Source: Sphingopyxis sp. (GTDB lineage Bacteria; Pseudomonadota; Alphaproteobacteria; Sphingomonadales; Sphingomonadaceae). Taken from it: a DNA stretch of 64,000 nt. The stretch covers positions 228 to 64,227 of the forward strand of contig JALDYH010000009.1 of the NCBI GenBank assembly GCA_032154175.1, given 5' to 3'. The notes under the pieces are model-generated. The model was given only the letters and a program-made list of their open reading frames with translations. It did not search any database and was not told where the DNA came from. Within the stretch, counting starts at the first letter, position 1; each line of letters begins with the position of its first letter. Below are positions 51,068 to 60,070 of the stretch, piece after piece. Both the position numbers and the translations under genes were made by a program.

Positions 51068-51615
51068 AAGATGGCGACACGCCGCCCCCGTCCACGATTC
51101 ACGCGACACTGTGTTAGCCCGCACGCGAGTCGCATGCAGGTTAGAGGACCGCATTTCCACCTTGCGGACCGATAGATCCGGCGATCGTAGAGACGGCCCG
51201 GCGAAATGCATCCATTGAACAACCCGTTCGTGCCGCTGTCAGAGGATTGTCGCGCGGCGAACGAAACCATTGCTCTGCGAGGCCGCACCATGCGTCAGCG
51301 ATGAGCATCGACGATGACGCCCCACGCTACCGATCCAGCCTGCTTGAAGGCCTGCGTCACCCCTAAGTAGGCAGGGGATGGGCCTTGCTGCATTTTCGAG
51401 AGCGCCTGCTGCGCAAGAGGTCGGTTACGTCGCCAAACCGCTCATCTTTCCTGCACCTGAGAAGATCGTCATGATGGATGACGGCCTGTGAACGGCGATG
51501 ATCTGATACGCGGCTATTAGAAGGATCGGCAAGGCGGGGCGTGCAACTGTCTCTAAAACTTCACATTGATGGGGAATGATCAGGCATCGTGTGATTTTTA
51601 GGGGAGCGTCGATAG

Positions 51616-52242
51616 ATGCGGTATGTCATTTATGGCGCAGGCGGATGCGGGCGTGACATTCACGCAGCGCTCGTCAGATTCCTAGCTGCACAGGAGCTCC
51701 AGCGCGAAGTCGCCTTCTGCGACAACCGGCTCGCGGGTCAGAAAATGCTGGATACTCCCGTGATAGCGCCGTGCGATATTCGCGATTCGGACGAGGTCCT
51801 GATCGCCGTCAACGACGGGCGTATCAGACAGCGGCTCGCGACCGAGGTCAGGGCAGGGTCCTTTACCGCCGCCACCTCGCTAGTCAGCGAACAGGGAGAA
51901 ATCGCGGCAGGCGCGCTCATTTCGGACTTCGTCATCGTCGGCCCGTCAACGCGGATCGGAAAGCTATTTCATGCCAATTATTATAGTTATGTCGCCCATG
52001 ACTGCATCATTGGTAATTTCGTGACCTTTGGTCCAAGCGTCCGGTGTAACGGCAATGTGACGATCGGCGATCACGCTTATATCGGGGCTAATGCCTCCAT
52101 CAGGCAGGGCATTTCGATCGGTGAAAATGCGGTTATAGGAATGGGCGCCGTGGTCATCCGGGATGTCCCTCCCTACGCGGTCGTTGTGGGCAACCCCGCG
52201 CGACGGATAAATCACCCGCACTTGCTCAAGCAGGCGTCCTGA
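51616..52242 (+). CDS. sugar acetyltransferase, PglD/NeuD family (left-handed beta helix)
   Basis: YGAGGCGR, VAHDCIIG, hexapeptide repeats, VVGNPAR. Confidence 0.9.
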   Translation: MRYVIYGAGGCGRDIHAALVRFLAAQELQREVAFCDNRLAGQKMLDTPVIAPCDIRDSDEVLIAVNDGRIRQRLATEVRAGSFTAATSLVSEQGEIAAGALISDFVIVGPSTRIGKLFHANYYSYVAHDCIIGNFVTFGPSVRCNGNVTIGDHAYIGANASIRQGISIGENAVIGMGAVVIRDVPPYAVVVGNPARRINHPHLLKQAS

Positions 52243-52423
52243 CCACGCAACAAGAGGTGCTGCCGACGCCGTACGAAGATCGTAGCCATTGCGTCTCAGC
52301 GACATACAAGGCGGTGAGCGGAGGCAGATGGGATCATAGCAAAACATCGGAACGCGCCGACAAGATTGCCTGCTGCACCCCATATCACTTGACGCACCCG
52401 GCCACGAATTCCATCGTGATCCC

Positions 52424-53230
52424 ATGCTTACGCGTCTCGAAACGATCGTTGTCGAAAAGCCGTGGGGCCGCACCGACATCCCGCGCGATTTCGGTAACTT
52501 CGGGGGGCGACGGATCGGCGAGATCTGGTTCGCGAATCCGACGGGGGACGATGCCTCGATCATGGTCAAATTTCTCTTCACATCGGAGCGGTTGTCTATT
52601 CAGGTCCACCCTGACGACGAAGCGGCGCGGGCCGCGCGCTACCTACGCGGCAAGGATGAATGCTGGCTAATCCTCGACGCCGAACCCGGCGCTGAACTCG
52701 GCGTCGGCCTTGTCGCGCCGACGACGCGCGTAGCCTTGCACGATGCTGCCCTCGACGGTTCGATCGTCGACATGATCGACTGGCGCCCAGCATACGCTGG
52801 CGATTTCGTCTACAATCAGGCAGGAACGATCCACGCGATCGGTGCGGGATTGACCCTCATCGAAGTGCAGCAGAATATCGACTGCACCTATCGACTCTAT
52901 GATTATGGAAGACCGCGAGAACTGCATCTCGAAGCCGGACTAGCGGTATCCGAGATCGCGCCGCGCCCTGATACACGCGATGGCACGGTCGCGGCCAGCG
53001 ACAACCGCCTGCTTGTCGATGGTCCACATTTCCGCCTGCTCCATCTATCAGGGCCCGACGCCGCCGCGTTGCTCCCGCAACACGGCGCCTATTTTACTTT
53101 CACACCTTTGTCGGAAGGCTGCTCCATCGGTGGCGAGCCGGTTAAGTTCGGCGAATGTGTTGCGACTGATCGCGCTGGCGATATCGTGCTAGCACCGGGC
53201 GGCCGTGCGCTGCTGAATTGGCCCATCTGA
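52424..53230 (+). CDS. manA: class I mannose-6-phosphate isomerase
   Basis: EKPWG, GEIW, LSIQVHP, GKDECW, AGTIHAIG, EVQQN, TYRLYDYGRPRELH. Confidence 0.9.
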   Translation: MLTRLETIVVEKPWGRTDIPRDFGNFGGRRIGEIWFANPTGDDASIMVKFLFTSERLSIQVHPDDEAARAARYLRGKDECWLILDAEPGAELGVGLVAPTTRVALHDAALDGSIVDMIDWRPAYAGDFVYNQAGTIHAIGAGLTLIEVQQNIDCTYRLYDYGRPRELHLEAGLAVSEIAPRPDTRDGTVAASDNRLLVDGPHFRLLHLSGPDAAALLPQHGAYFTFTPLSEGCSIGGEPVKFGECVATDRAGDIVLAPGGRALLNWPI

Positions 53231-53407
53231 GTTCATCCGCTAAGCGATGACGGGAGGCTGGGGCCATCCGCTACGTCAGGGATAGTGAACCTCATTGCAT
53301 ATTGAGCAACTGGCACCGTCACACCGGCTGCACTGGCTTGGCGATGGCCAACTCGGCATTGGATCGCGATCGAGACCCCCTTCTATGCCCGCTGCGCGAG
53401 CGCGCCA

Positions 53408-53790
53408 TCAATCCGGCGCACTCAATATCGAAAAGCCGGGAGCGGGCTCGTTGAAACTATCAGGCCGAGCCTGATGCATCGCGCCTTTCGGTCCAGCTTC
53501 ATGATACCGGGTAAATCGCAGAGGTTCTGCGAGATATGCCTGTACAGGCGTCCCGGGTGCCAATACTGCGCTGGTGCCCTGGATCAGGAAACCCAGCCCA
53601 GAAAGGAGGGCCATGGTCGCCACTGATGCGACGGTGCCGCTCTTGCCTTCGTCATAGGCGATACAGCTCAGCCGCAAGGGGCCATTGGGTGTCTCGGCGC
53701 GGATCAACTGGATTTCGAGCTTTCCTTTCTTACCGAAATGCCCATTGCGCTGCACACGCGACGCTTCAGCGAATACCAGCGCCCCGACCC
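53408..53790 (-). pseudogene. 3' fragment of a hypothetical membrane-associated protein
   Basis: GALVFAEASRVQRNGHFGKKGKLEIQL...GFLIQGTSAVLAPGTPVQAYL; no plausible N-terminus. Confidence 0.5.
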
Positions 53791-53985
53791 CAGACCAATC
53801 ACAGCGAGCGGACGATGTTCCAGAAATTGAAGCAAGCCTACACCACGGCCCGCTATTCCAAGCATTACAAGATCAGCGAAGAGGAACTGACGTGGCTCGG
53901 CGAGCGCGTCGAGGAACTCTGCCGCGTCGTCCATAAGGTCTGCTCGGAGAGCGTTTCTGCTCTAGAAGCAGCTGCTTGCAAATAG
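53788..53985 (+). pseudogene. C-terminal remnant of an MNT-HEPN protein
   Basis: PQTNHSERTMFQKLKQAYTTARYSKHYKISEEEL aligns without gaps to PRERREDRRLFEKLKEAYVKARYSKHYRISQEEL of 60860..61789. Confidence 0.85.
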
Positions 53986-54267
53986 TCAACCAATAGGCTG
54001 TTCCCGCTGAGATTGTCAGGATGCAGCAACCCCTTGTGACATTTGATGGAATTGCGGCGGGCGAACAGTTCACCGCGTGATTCCATGCGTCCATCGCGTT
54101 ATCGACGAGGGGCCGTCACTGTTCCGGAACAATGGAAAATCAGGTGCGTTGGCGCCCACAGTCTGCGGGAACCACAAACCTTTCTGGGGGACCACAGGCT
54201 TTGCCGCGATCGAGATTGCCCGTTCGGTCTCATCGTTTCTCATCCACATTTCCATCTAGGAGATATC

Positions 54268-54501
54268 ATGCGTAAGATTGCAATCATTGCCACCGTGGCG
54301 GCAAGCTTCATTGTCTCGCCCTTGGCCGCGACTGCCCAGGAAACCGAAACTCCGGCGCCGACCGAAGAACCTGCGCCCGCACCCGAGCCGACGACTGAAC
54401 CGGCTCCCGCGCCCCAGCCGGGCGAGGAACCGGCTCCCGCGCCGAAGGAAGAACCCGCTCCTGCGCCTACCGAGGAGCCGGAATCGAATCCTCAGTCATA
54501 A
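54268..54501 (+). CDS. small secreted Pro/Glu-rich low-complexity protein
   Basis: RBS AGGAGA, Sec signal MRKIAIIATVAASFIVSPLAATA-Q, EPAPAP repeats, terminator downstream. Confidence 0.8.
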   Translation: MRKIAIIATVAASFIVSPLAATAQETETPAPTEEPAPAPEPTTEPAPAPQPGEEPAPAPKEEPAPAPTEEPESNPQS

Positions 54502-54531
54502 TCAGCGACCGGCTAGACCAAAGCTGACAAA

Positions 54532-54568
54532 AATGGGCGGCTGGATTGTCCGGCCGCCCATTCTATTT
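54532..54568 (+). terminator. intrinsic terminator
   Basis: AATGGGCGGCTGGA-TTG-TCCGGCCGCCCATT followed by CTATTT. Confidence 0.75.
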
Positions 54569-54649
54569 GCCTCCCGGGTCACCGGCAATCTTGCTGCGAT
54601 TTCTTCCTTCTACAATAGTATAACCACGGATGGAATGACTGGCGGCCAC

Positions 54650-54775
54650 CCTCAAGATATCCGATGGCCGCGCCAAACTATGCCGAGAGGCGCAGCGTGC
54701 TCGCGAAGGCGATCGGCCTCGGTACCAAGTGCCGCGACGGCGGACGCAAGAAGACCGTCACCCACCGCGAAATAG
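54650..54775 (+). pseudogene. C-terminal remnant of a MucR/Ros regulator
   Basis: YPMAAPNYAERRSVLAKAIGLGTK matches the Ros/MucR tail; zinc finger and N-terminus absent. Confidence 0.75.
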
Positions 54776-55218
54776 CCGTCAAACCTCGGCGGCGGCTTGA
54801 CAGCAGAGCGCATCGGCACTCATCGCCGTGAGCGATTCCTCGGCCACACTGGTAGGAAGCTTTATTGACAGAGCATTCGCTGGAAGAGGACCGCGATTGC
54901 CGCTGATCGGATCACTCATGAAGAAAACGGACCAAAAGAAAATGAACCGGGTGCTCAAGCGAATGTTGGCGACACCGCCCATTTCCGATAGCCCAGAGCC
55001 AAGCCACCCAAGAGGTTGCAAATCTGCTTCGCGATCGCCGCAGGATTTACATCGCGGCGCGGCGGCGCTCCGCAAATTTTGCGCGACAAGCTTGGCTGCA
55101 GAAAACAGACTTTAGGGGAAGCGGGACCCTGAAAAAGCAACCAATTGCAAATCGGTGAAGCGTTCGCATCGACGATCGATTTGCTCAATATTTTGGGTAG
55201 CCCCTACTCCGCCCTCCC

Positions 55219-55247
55219 CTTGCGGCCCCGCCGCCTATCTCCCATAT
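55219..55247 (+). promoter_or_regulatory. RpoH (sigma32)-type promoter of hslV
   Basis: CTTG-N18-CCCATAT, ending 8 nt before the ATG. Confidence 0.65.
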
Positions 55248-55255
55248 CCCGGCCC

Positions 55256-55822
55256 ATGACAAATCCTCACGCGCAAAGTGCCTCGCCCTGGCACGGAACC
55301 ACCATTCTATCCGCCCGCAGCGACGACAAGGTCGTCATCATCGGCGATGGTCAGGTCTCCATGGGACAGACGGTGATGAAGCCCAACGCCCGCAAGGTTC
55401 GGCGCCTCCACGACGGCAGCGTGATCGGCGGCTTCGCGGGTGCGACCGCGGACGCCTTCACGCTGTTCGAGCGGCTCGAGGCGAAGCTCGAGCGCCACAA
55501 TGGCCAGTTGCTCCGCGCCGCTGTCGAGCTCGCGAAGGACTGGCGCACCGACAAGTATCTGCGCAACCTCGAAGCCATGATGATCGTCGCCGACAAGGAG
55601 GTGACGCTCGTCATCACCGGCAACGGCGACGTGCTCGAACCCAAGGGCGGCATCGCGGCGATAGGTTCGGGCGGCAATTTCGCGCTGTCTGCCGCGCGCG
55701 CGCTCGTCGATTATGAAAAGGATCCTGCAGTGCTGACGAGAAAGGCGATGGAAGTCGCCGCCGACATCTGCGTCTACACCAACGACCAGTTCACGTCGGA
55801 AACCATCGACATCAAAGCCTGA
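55256..55822 (+). CDS. hslV: ATP-dependent protease peptidase subunit
   Basis: [49 protein letters not shown]. Confidence 0.97.
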   Translation: MTNPHAQSASPWHGTTILSARSDDKVVIIGDGQVSMGQTVMKPNARKVRRLHDGSVIGGFAGATADAFTLFERLEAKLERHNGQLLRAAVELAKDWRTDKYLRNLEAMMIVADKEVTLVITGNGDVLEPKGGIAAIGSGGNFALSAARALVDYEKDPAVLTRKAMEVAADICVYTNDQFTSETIDIKA

Positions 55823-55839
55823 TCGCTTATGGTCGCGGG

Positions 55840-56931
55840 GTGATCCACGCGCTGCCCCGCCGCCATTTCGTCGCCGCCTCCGCCGCGCTCGCCCTCCCCG
55901 GCTGCGCCACCACGCCTGCACACATGTCCGCAGGCGCGCCTTGCCTTATGCCGGTCAAGGCCGCACCAGACCGTGTGATCCGGACCCTCGCAGGGCTGCG
56001 CCCCTATCGCCCGGGCGGTTTCGTCGTCCGCGCCGAAGCGATGGGCGCCAAGCGCCTTGTCCATAATTACGGCCATGGCGGATCGGGCATCACGCTGAGC
56101 TGGGGCACATCGAAGCTCGCGGTCGATATGGGGATCGCGGGACATAGCGGCCCCGTCGCGGTCATTGGCGCCGGCATCGTCGGCCTCTCGACCGCGCGGC
56201 TCGTGCAGGAAGCGGGCTTTCCCGTCACCGTCTATGCTAGGGCGTTGCCGCCCGACACGACCTCGAACATCGCGGGAGGACAGTTCCATCCGTTCGGCCT
56301 GTTCAAGCAGGATGTCGTCACTCCCGAGTGGCGGCGACAATTCACCGCCGCGCTCGATTACAGCTGGCGGCGTTTCCAGATCATGGTCGGCGACGATTAT
56401 GGCGTACGCTGGCTGACGACCTATTCCGAAGGCACGCCCGAGGAACCCAAGCTCCCGACCTTCCCGCCCGCGGTGCGGGCGCTCCGTCAGGGCGAACATC
56501 CGTTCCCGGTCGAACGGATCTGGCAATATGACACGCTCTACGTCGAGACGGGACGTTATCTTCGCCAGATGATGCGCGACATCGAAGGCGCCGGTGGGCG
56601 CATCGCGGTGCGCAGCTTTGCCGCGCCGGCCGAGATCGCGACATTATCCGAAACGCTGGTATTCAATTGCACCGGCCTCGGCGCGCGCGACCTGTTCGGC
56701 GACCAGGAACTCATACCGATCCGCGGCCAGCTCGCGATCCTGATACCCCAGCCCGAGGTTCGCTATGCCTTTACCGGCGAGGCCGGCTATATGTTCCCCC
56801 GCGCCGACGGGATCGTCATTGGCGGCACCTATGAGCGCAATAAATGGGAGGCTGAGGCAGAGCCGGAACGCATTGCGCACATCGTCGCCGCGCATCAGCA
56901 GTTGTTCGCCGGCTTCCGCTGCCCCGCTTGA
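55840..56931 (+). CDS. D-amino-acid-oxidase-like FAD enzyme, circularly permuted, Tat lipoprotein
   Basis: PRRHF...LPGC signal; GLRPYR and HNYGHGGSGITLSWG precede GAGIVG; TSNIAGG, NCTGLGA, PIRGQ. Confidence 0.85.
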   Translation: MIHALPRRHFVAASAALALPGCATTPAHMSAGAPCLMPVKAAPDRVIRTLAGLRPYRPGGFVVRAEAMGAKRLVHNYGHGGSGITLSWGTSKLAVDMGIAGHSGPVAVIGAGIVGLSTARLVQEAGFPVTVYARALPPDTTSNIAGGQFHPFGLFKQDVVTPEWRRQFTAALDYSWRRFQIMVGDDYGVRWLTTYSEGTPEEPKLPTFPPAVRALRQGEHPFPVERIWQYDTLYVETGRYLRQMMRDIEGAGGRIAVRSFAAPAEIATLSETLVFNCTGLGARDLFGDQELIPIRGQLAILIPQPEVRYAFTGEAGYMFPRADGIVIGGTYERNKWEAEAEPERIAHIVAAHQQLFAGFRCPA

Positions 56932-56954
56932 CTTGGTGAGGCCCCTTCCCATCT
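56927..56954 (+). promoter_or_regulatory. RpoH-type promoter of hslU
   Basis: CTTG-N17-CCCATCT about 40 nt upstream of the hslU ATG. Confidence 0.65.
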
Positions 56955-56995
56955 AGGCCTTCAATGATTTTCTCTCTTCTGGAACTCTCCTACAC

Positions 56996-58297
56996 ATGAA
57001 CAAAGACCTGACTCCCAAGGCAATCGTCGCTGCGCTCGACACGCATATCATCGGCCAGAATGCCGCCAAGCGGGCGGTCGCTGTCGCGCTGCGCAATCGC
57101 TGGCGCCGCCAGCAGCTTTCGCCCGACCTGCGCGACGAGGTCAGCCCGAAGAACATCCTGATGATCGGCCCCACCGGCTGCGGCAAGACCGAGATTTCGC
57201 GCCGCCTCGCCAAGCTTGCTGACGCGCCTTTCATCAAGGTCGAGGCGACCAAATTCACCGAAGTCGGCTATGTCGGCCGCGACGTCGAACAGATTGCGCG
57301 CGATCTTGTCGAGGAAGCGGTGCGGCTGGAAAAAGACCGCCGCCGCGAAGCTGTGCGCGCTGCCGCCGAGGAAGCCGCTATGGAGCGGTTGCTCGACGCA
57401 CTCACCGGCAAGGGCGCCAGTGAAGCGACGCGCCAGAGCTTTCGCCAGCGCATCCGCGAGGGTCACCTCGACGAGAGCGAGGTGGAGATCGAAGTTGCCG
57501 ACACCCCCAGCTTGAACTTCGAGCTTCCCGGCCAGCCGGGGCAGATGAGCATGATCAACCTATCGGACATGCTCGGCAAAGCGATGGGCGGCCCGCCCAA
57601 GAAGCGTCGCAAGCTGAAAGTCATCGAGGCCGCGACGCGGCTGATCGAGGAAGAGCAGGACAAGCGACTCGACCAGGACGATGTCGCGCGCATCGCGCTC
57701 GCCGATGCCGAGGCGAACGGCATCGTCTTCCTCGATGAAATCGACAAGATCGCGGTCAGCGACGTGCGTGGCGGCTCGGTGAGCCGCGAGGGCGTCCAGC
57801 GCGACCTGTTGCCACTGATCGAGGGCACGACGGTCGCGACCAAATATGGCCCGATGAAGACCGACCATATCCTCTTCATCGCGTCGGGCGCCTTCCATGT
57901 CGCCAAGCCGAGCGACCTTCTCCCCGAGCTCCAGGGCCGCCTCCCCATCCGCGTCGAGTTGGATGCGCTCTCCGAAGGGGATTTTGTCCGTATTCTCAGT
58001 GAAACGAAGGCCGGACTTCCCGAACAATATGCAGCGTTGCTCGCGACCGAAGGCGTGACGCTGAACTTCACCAACGAGGCCATCGCGCGCGTTGCGAAAC
58101 TCGCGGCCCAGGTAAATGAAAAGATCGAAAATATCGGCGCGCGCCGCCTCCAGACGATTATGGAACGTCTGGTCGAAGAGATCAGCTTCACGGCCGAAGA
58201 CGCGGGCGGCACAACGCTCAACATCGACGCCGCGTATGTCGACAGCCAACTTGCTGACGTCGTCGGCGACACCGACCTTAGCAAATATGTCCTATGA
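56996..58297 (+). CDS. hslU: ATP-dependent protease ATPase subunit
   Basis: [48 protein letters not shown]. Confidence 0.98.
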   Translation: MNKDLTPKAIVAALDTHIIGQNAAKRAVAVALRNRWRRQQLSPDLRDEVSPKNILMIGPTGCGKTEISRRLAKLADAPFIKVEATKFTEVGYVGRDVEQIARDLVEEAVRLEKDRRREAVRAAAEEAAMERLLDALTGKGASEATRQSFRQRIREGHLDESEVEIEVADTPSLNFELPGQPGQMSMINLSDMLGKAMGGPPKKRRKLKVIEAATRLIEEEQDKRLDQDDVARIALADAEANGIVFLDEIDKIAVSDVRGGSVSREGVQRDLLPLIEGTTVATKYGPMKTDHILFIASGAFHVAKPSDLLPELQGRLPIRVELDALSEGDFVRILSETKAGLPEQYAALLATEGVTLNFTNEAIARVAKLAAQVNEKIENIGARRLQTIMERLVEEISFTAEDAGGTTLNIDAAYVDSQLADVVGDTDLSKYVL

Positions 58298-58308
58298 TGA
58301 TCGGAGAT

Positions 58309-58332
58309 CGCTCGGTCACTCGTGACTGAGCG
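58309..58332. terminator. near-perfect palindrome after hslU (terminator or binding site)
   Basis: CGCTCGGTCAC-TC-GTGACTGAGCG, one mismatch. Confidence 0.45.
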
Positions 58333-58424
58333 GCCTTCGAGGGGTAGGTTGAATAGGTCATCACCGTGCATGAGGCGCGATTAGGTTTTCTGCAGCGGCG
58401 GCAACGGAAGAAAGGGTTGTCCCT

Positions 58425-58865
58425 TCAGGCATAAATAGTCGCGAGCAGATAACCCACCACTGCATCGAGTTCATCTAGGTCACCGCTGGTCATCACAGCC
58501 AGCGCAGAACGCCCGCCAAATATTCTGTGCGCGTTCGGTGCCCGCAACCAGCAGACGACCCGTTCTTCGGGAAAGAGCGTCATCAGCGATCCGTAAATGG
58601 ACAGCACACACCCGATCCGCACTATCACATCGACCGGAATCGCGATCGCCTCATGCGCTCGTACGCGAACCGTCCAATTCTCGAACGTCGCAAGATCATG
58701 GATTCCGAGCACATCCATTTGCTCTTCGGTGCTGAGGCTCCATGCGTCGGCGATATTGAGAAATGTACGCAGGCCAGCACCTCCATGCCTGACGGGGTCA
58801 ACGCCCCGTTTCACGAAATAGGCCCTGGCTCTGAGCCGCGCGTCGTTCTGGTCGTTAATACTCAT
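58425..58865 (-). CDS. Xre/MbcA/ParS-type antitoxin (DUF2384-like C-terminus)
   Basis: GLRTFLNIADAWSLSTEEQMDVLG, RIGCVLSIYGSL, WLRAPN...FGGRSALAVM...V.GYL. Confidence 0.85.
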   Translation of the reverse strand: MSINDQNDARLRARAYFVKRGVDPVRHGGAGLRTFLNIADAWSLSTEEQMDVLGIHDLATFENWTVRVRAHEAIAIPVDVIVRIGCVLSIYGSLMTLFPEERVVCWLRAPNAHRIFGGRSALAVMTSGDLDELDAVVGYLLATIYA

Positions 58866-59322
58866 CGGGCTGCAACACATCGAAATCGACAGATGAGGTC
58901 AGTCCCTTTTTGGTCAGCCTGAAAATAGGCCGGCCCGGATCATGGTCCGACACGAAATGGACCACGCCATCGAGCGAGCATGGACGATATTCGTTGTACC
59001 AGACGGGAATCAGTCCATCGATCCCTATGTCGACAATGACTTTCTTCGAACTGATGCTGGGGCGTGCGATCTGGACGATCACGGCGTCGCACCGCGAGAT
59101 CCGCATAGCGTTCGCAACCCTGTGTCGGTCGTCTTGACGGGTCGCTGTCGATGGCACGACGAGCGTGGAAGAATTGGGGGCAATCAAATAGCGTGCAAAC
59201 TCTGGCGGCAGGACAGGAAGCTTGCCATCCAGTTCCAGGCCCGCCGTCCGAACGATCGCAAGCGCGGCCATTAGTGTCTCGGCTTCTTCGACACGCTCTT
59301 TGGCGGTCATGTATTTCTTCAT
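58855..59322 (-). CDS. hypothetical protein (distant paralogue of 60064..60654)
   Basis: 155-aa ORF overlapping the antitoxin start; shares VDI, W..(D/E)YR and L...GL motifs. Confidence 0.65.
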   Translation of the reverse strand: MKKYMTAKERVEEAETLMAALAIVRTAGLELDGKLPVLPPEFARYLIAPNSSTLVVPSTATRQDDRHRVANAMRISRCDAVIVQIARPSISSKKVIVDIGIDGLIPVWYNEYRPCSLDGVVHFVSDHDPGRPIFRLTKKGLTSSVDFDVLQPDEY

Positions 59323-59449
59323 CTTCGATCCATTCTTGCAGCGGCTCCGGCTGGGCAGCCGCTGCTTTCATTCCTTCGTTCCAGCCAAAAGCCGGTGCGC
59401 TTTCATTAGGGGGCCGTCAGGGCCAGGGTGTTGATTTGGTCGACACCAG

Positions 59450-60070
59450 CTATCCGCCAGCGGCATCGCTACTGCGCGGACGCCTTTGCCACTCCGCCCA
59501 TTCGGCTACGATCATCGCCTTGCCTGCATCTGCTGAAAACGGTCGGACAAATGGTCCAAAACCGTAACATTGAAGTTCCCTCGCCGGTGCCATCAGATGG
59601 ATATGCGGCGGATTGGTCGAGCCCATCTCGACAGGCAAATGCATCGCCGCGATCACGGCGACATTCCGCTCGCCGCACAACCGTTCGATCGCGAACGCAC
59701 GAACATCCTCCCAGGTCCGATGCAGGCGATCGGAGTTGGGAAAGCGCAGGGTAATCATCACCAAGAGATCCTTGAGTTTATTGCACGCCTGCTCTTCGTA
59801 TTTTTCGCAGAGCCGTTGCGGGTCACGGAACTCGTCGTTCGCATATGGCGGCAAAAGGACATCCCAGCGATAGCAGGTCGGTGCCCACGGCGCGGCGACA
59901 TCGATTTTGTGACCAGGACAGAGACGCTTGAGGACCGACATTGGAACGGTCCGGACGGGACCGTCTTTGATCTGCCGACGGATGACACCGAACACGAGGT
60001 TAGGATTTTCGCCGCCGGGGATCGGTACGAAATCGAGATAGCCGGGAGCCGGAAGTTTCTTCATCACCAT
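59450..60070 (-). CDS. stand-alone MobA/MobL (MOBQ)-like HUH domain protein
   Basis: VLLPPYANDEFRDPQRL, VIAAMHLP...NPPHIHLM...R.L...GFG, EWAEW follow relaxase motifs II/III. Confidence 0.7.
   Translation of the reverse strand: MVMKKLPAPGYLDFVPIPGGENPNLVFGVIRRQIKDGPVRTVPMSVLKRLCPGHKIDVAAPWAPTCYRWDVLLPPYANDEFRDPQRLCEKYEEQACNKLKDLLVMITLRFPNSDRLHRTWEDVRAFAIERLCGERNVAVIAAMHLPVEMGSTNPPHIHLMAPARELQCYGFGPFVRPFSADAGKAMIVAEWAEWQRRPRSSDAAGG

Noticed and set aside
51070-51600. 530-bp non-coding stretch as a possible sRNA
   Set aside because: No recognisable family motif, terminator or convincing ORF; probably insertion debris and promoter.
54350-54480. Repeated GAACCGGCTCCCGCGCC units as a possible CRISPR or DNA repeat array
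   Set aside because: In-frame coding repeats (EPAPAP) without unique spacers; no cas genes or CRISPR array seen in the window.
54918-55000. MKKTDQKKMNRVLKRMLATPP, reminiscent of small peptides seen beside IS1595-type elements
   Set aside because: Too short, with no transposase or terminal repeats nearby; cannot be supported.
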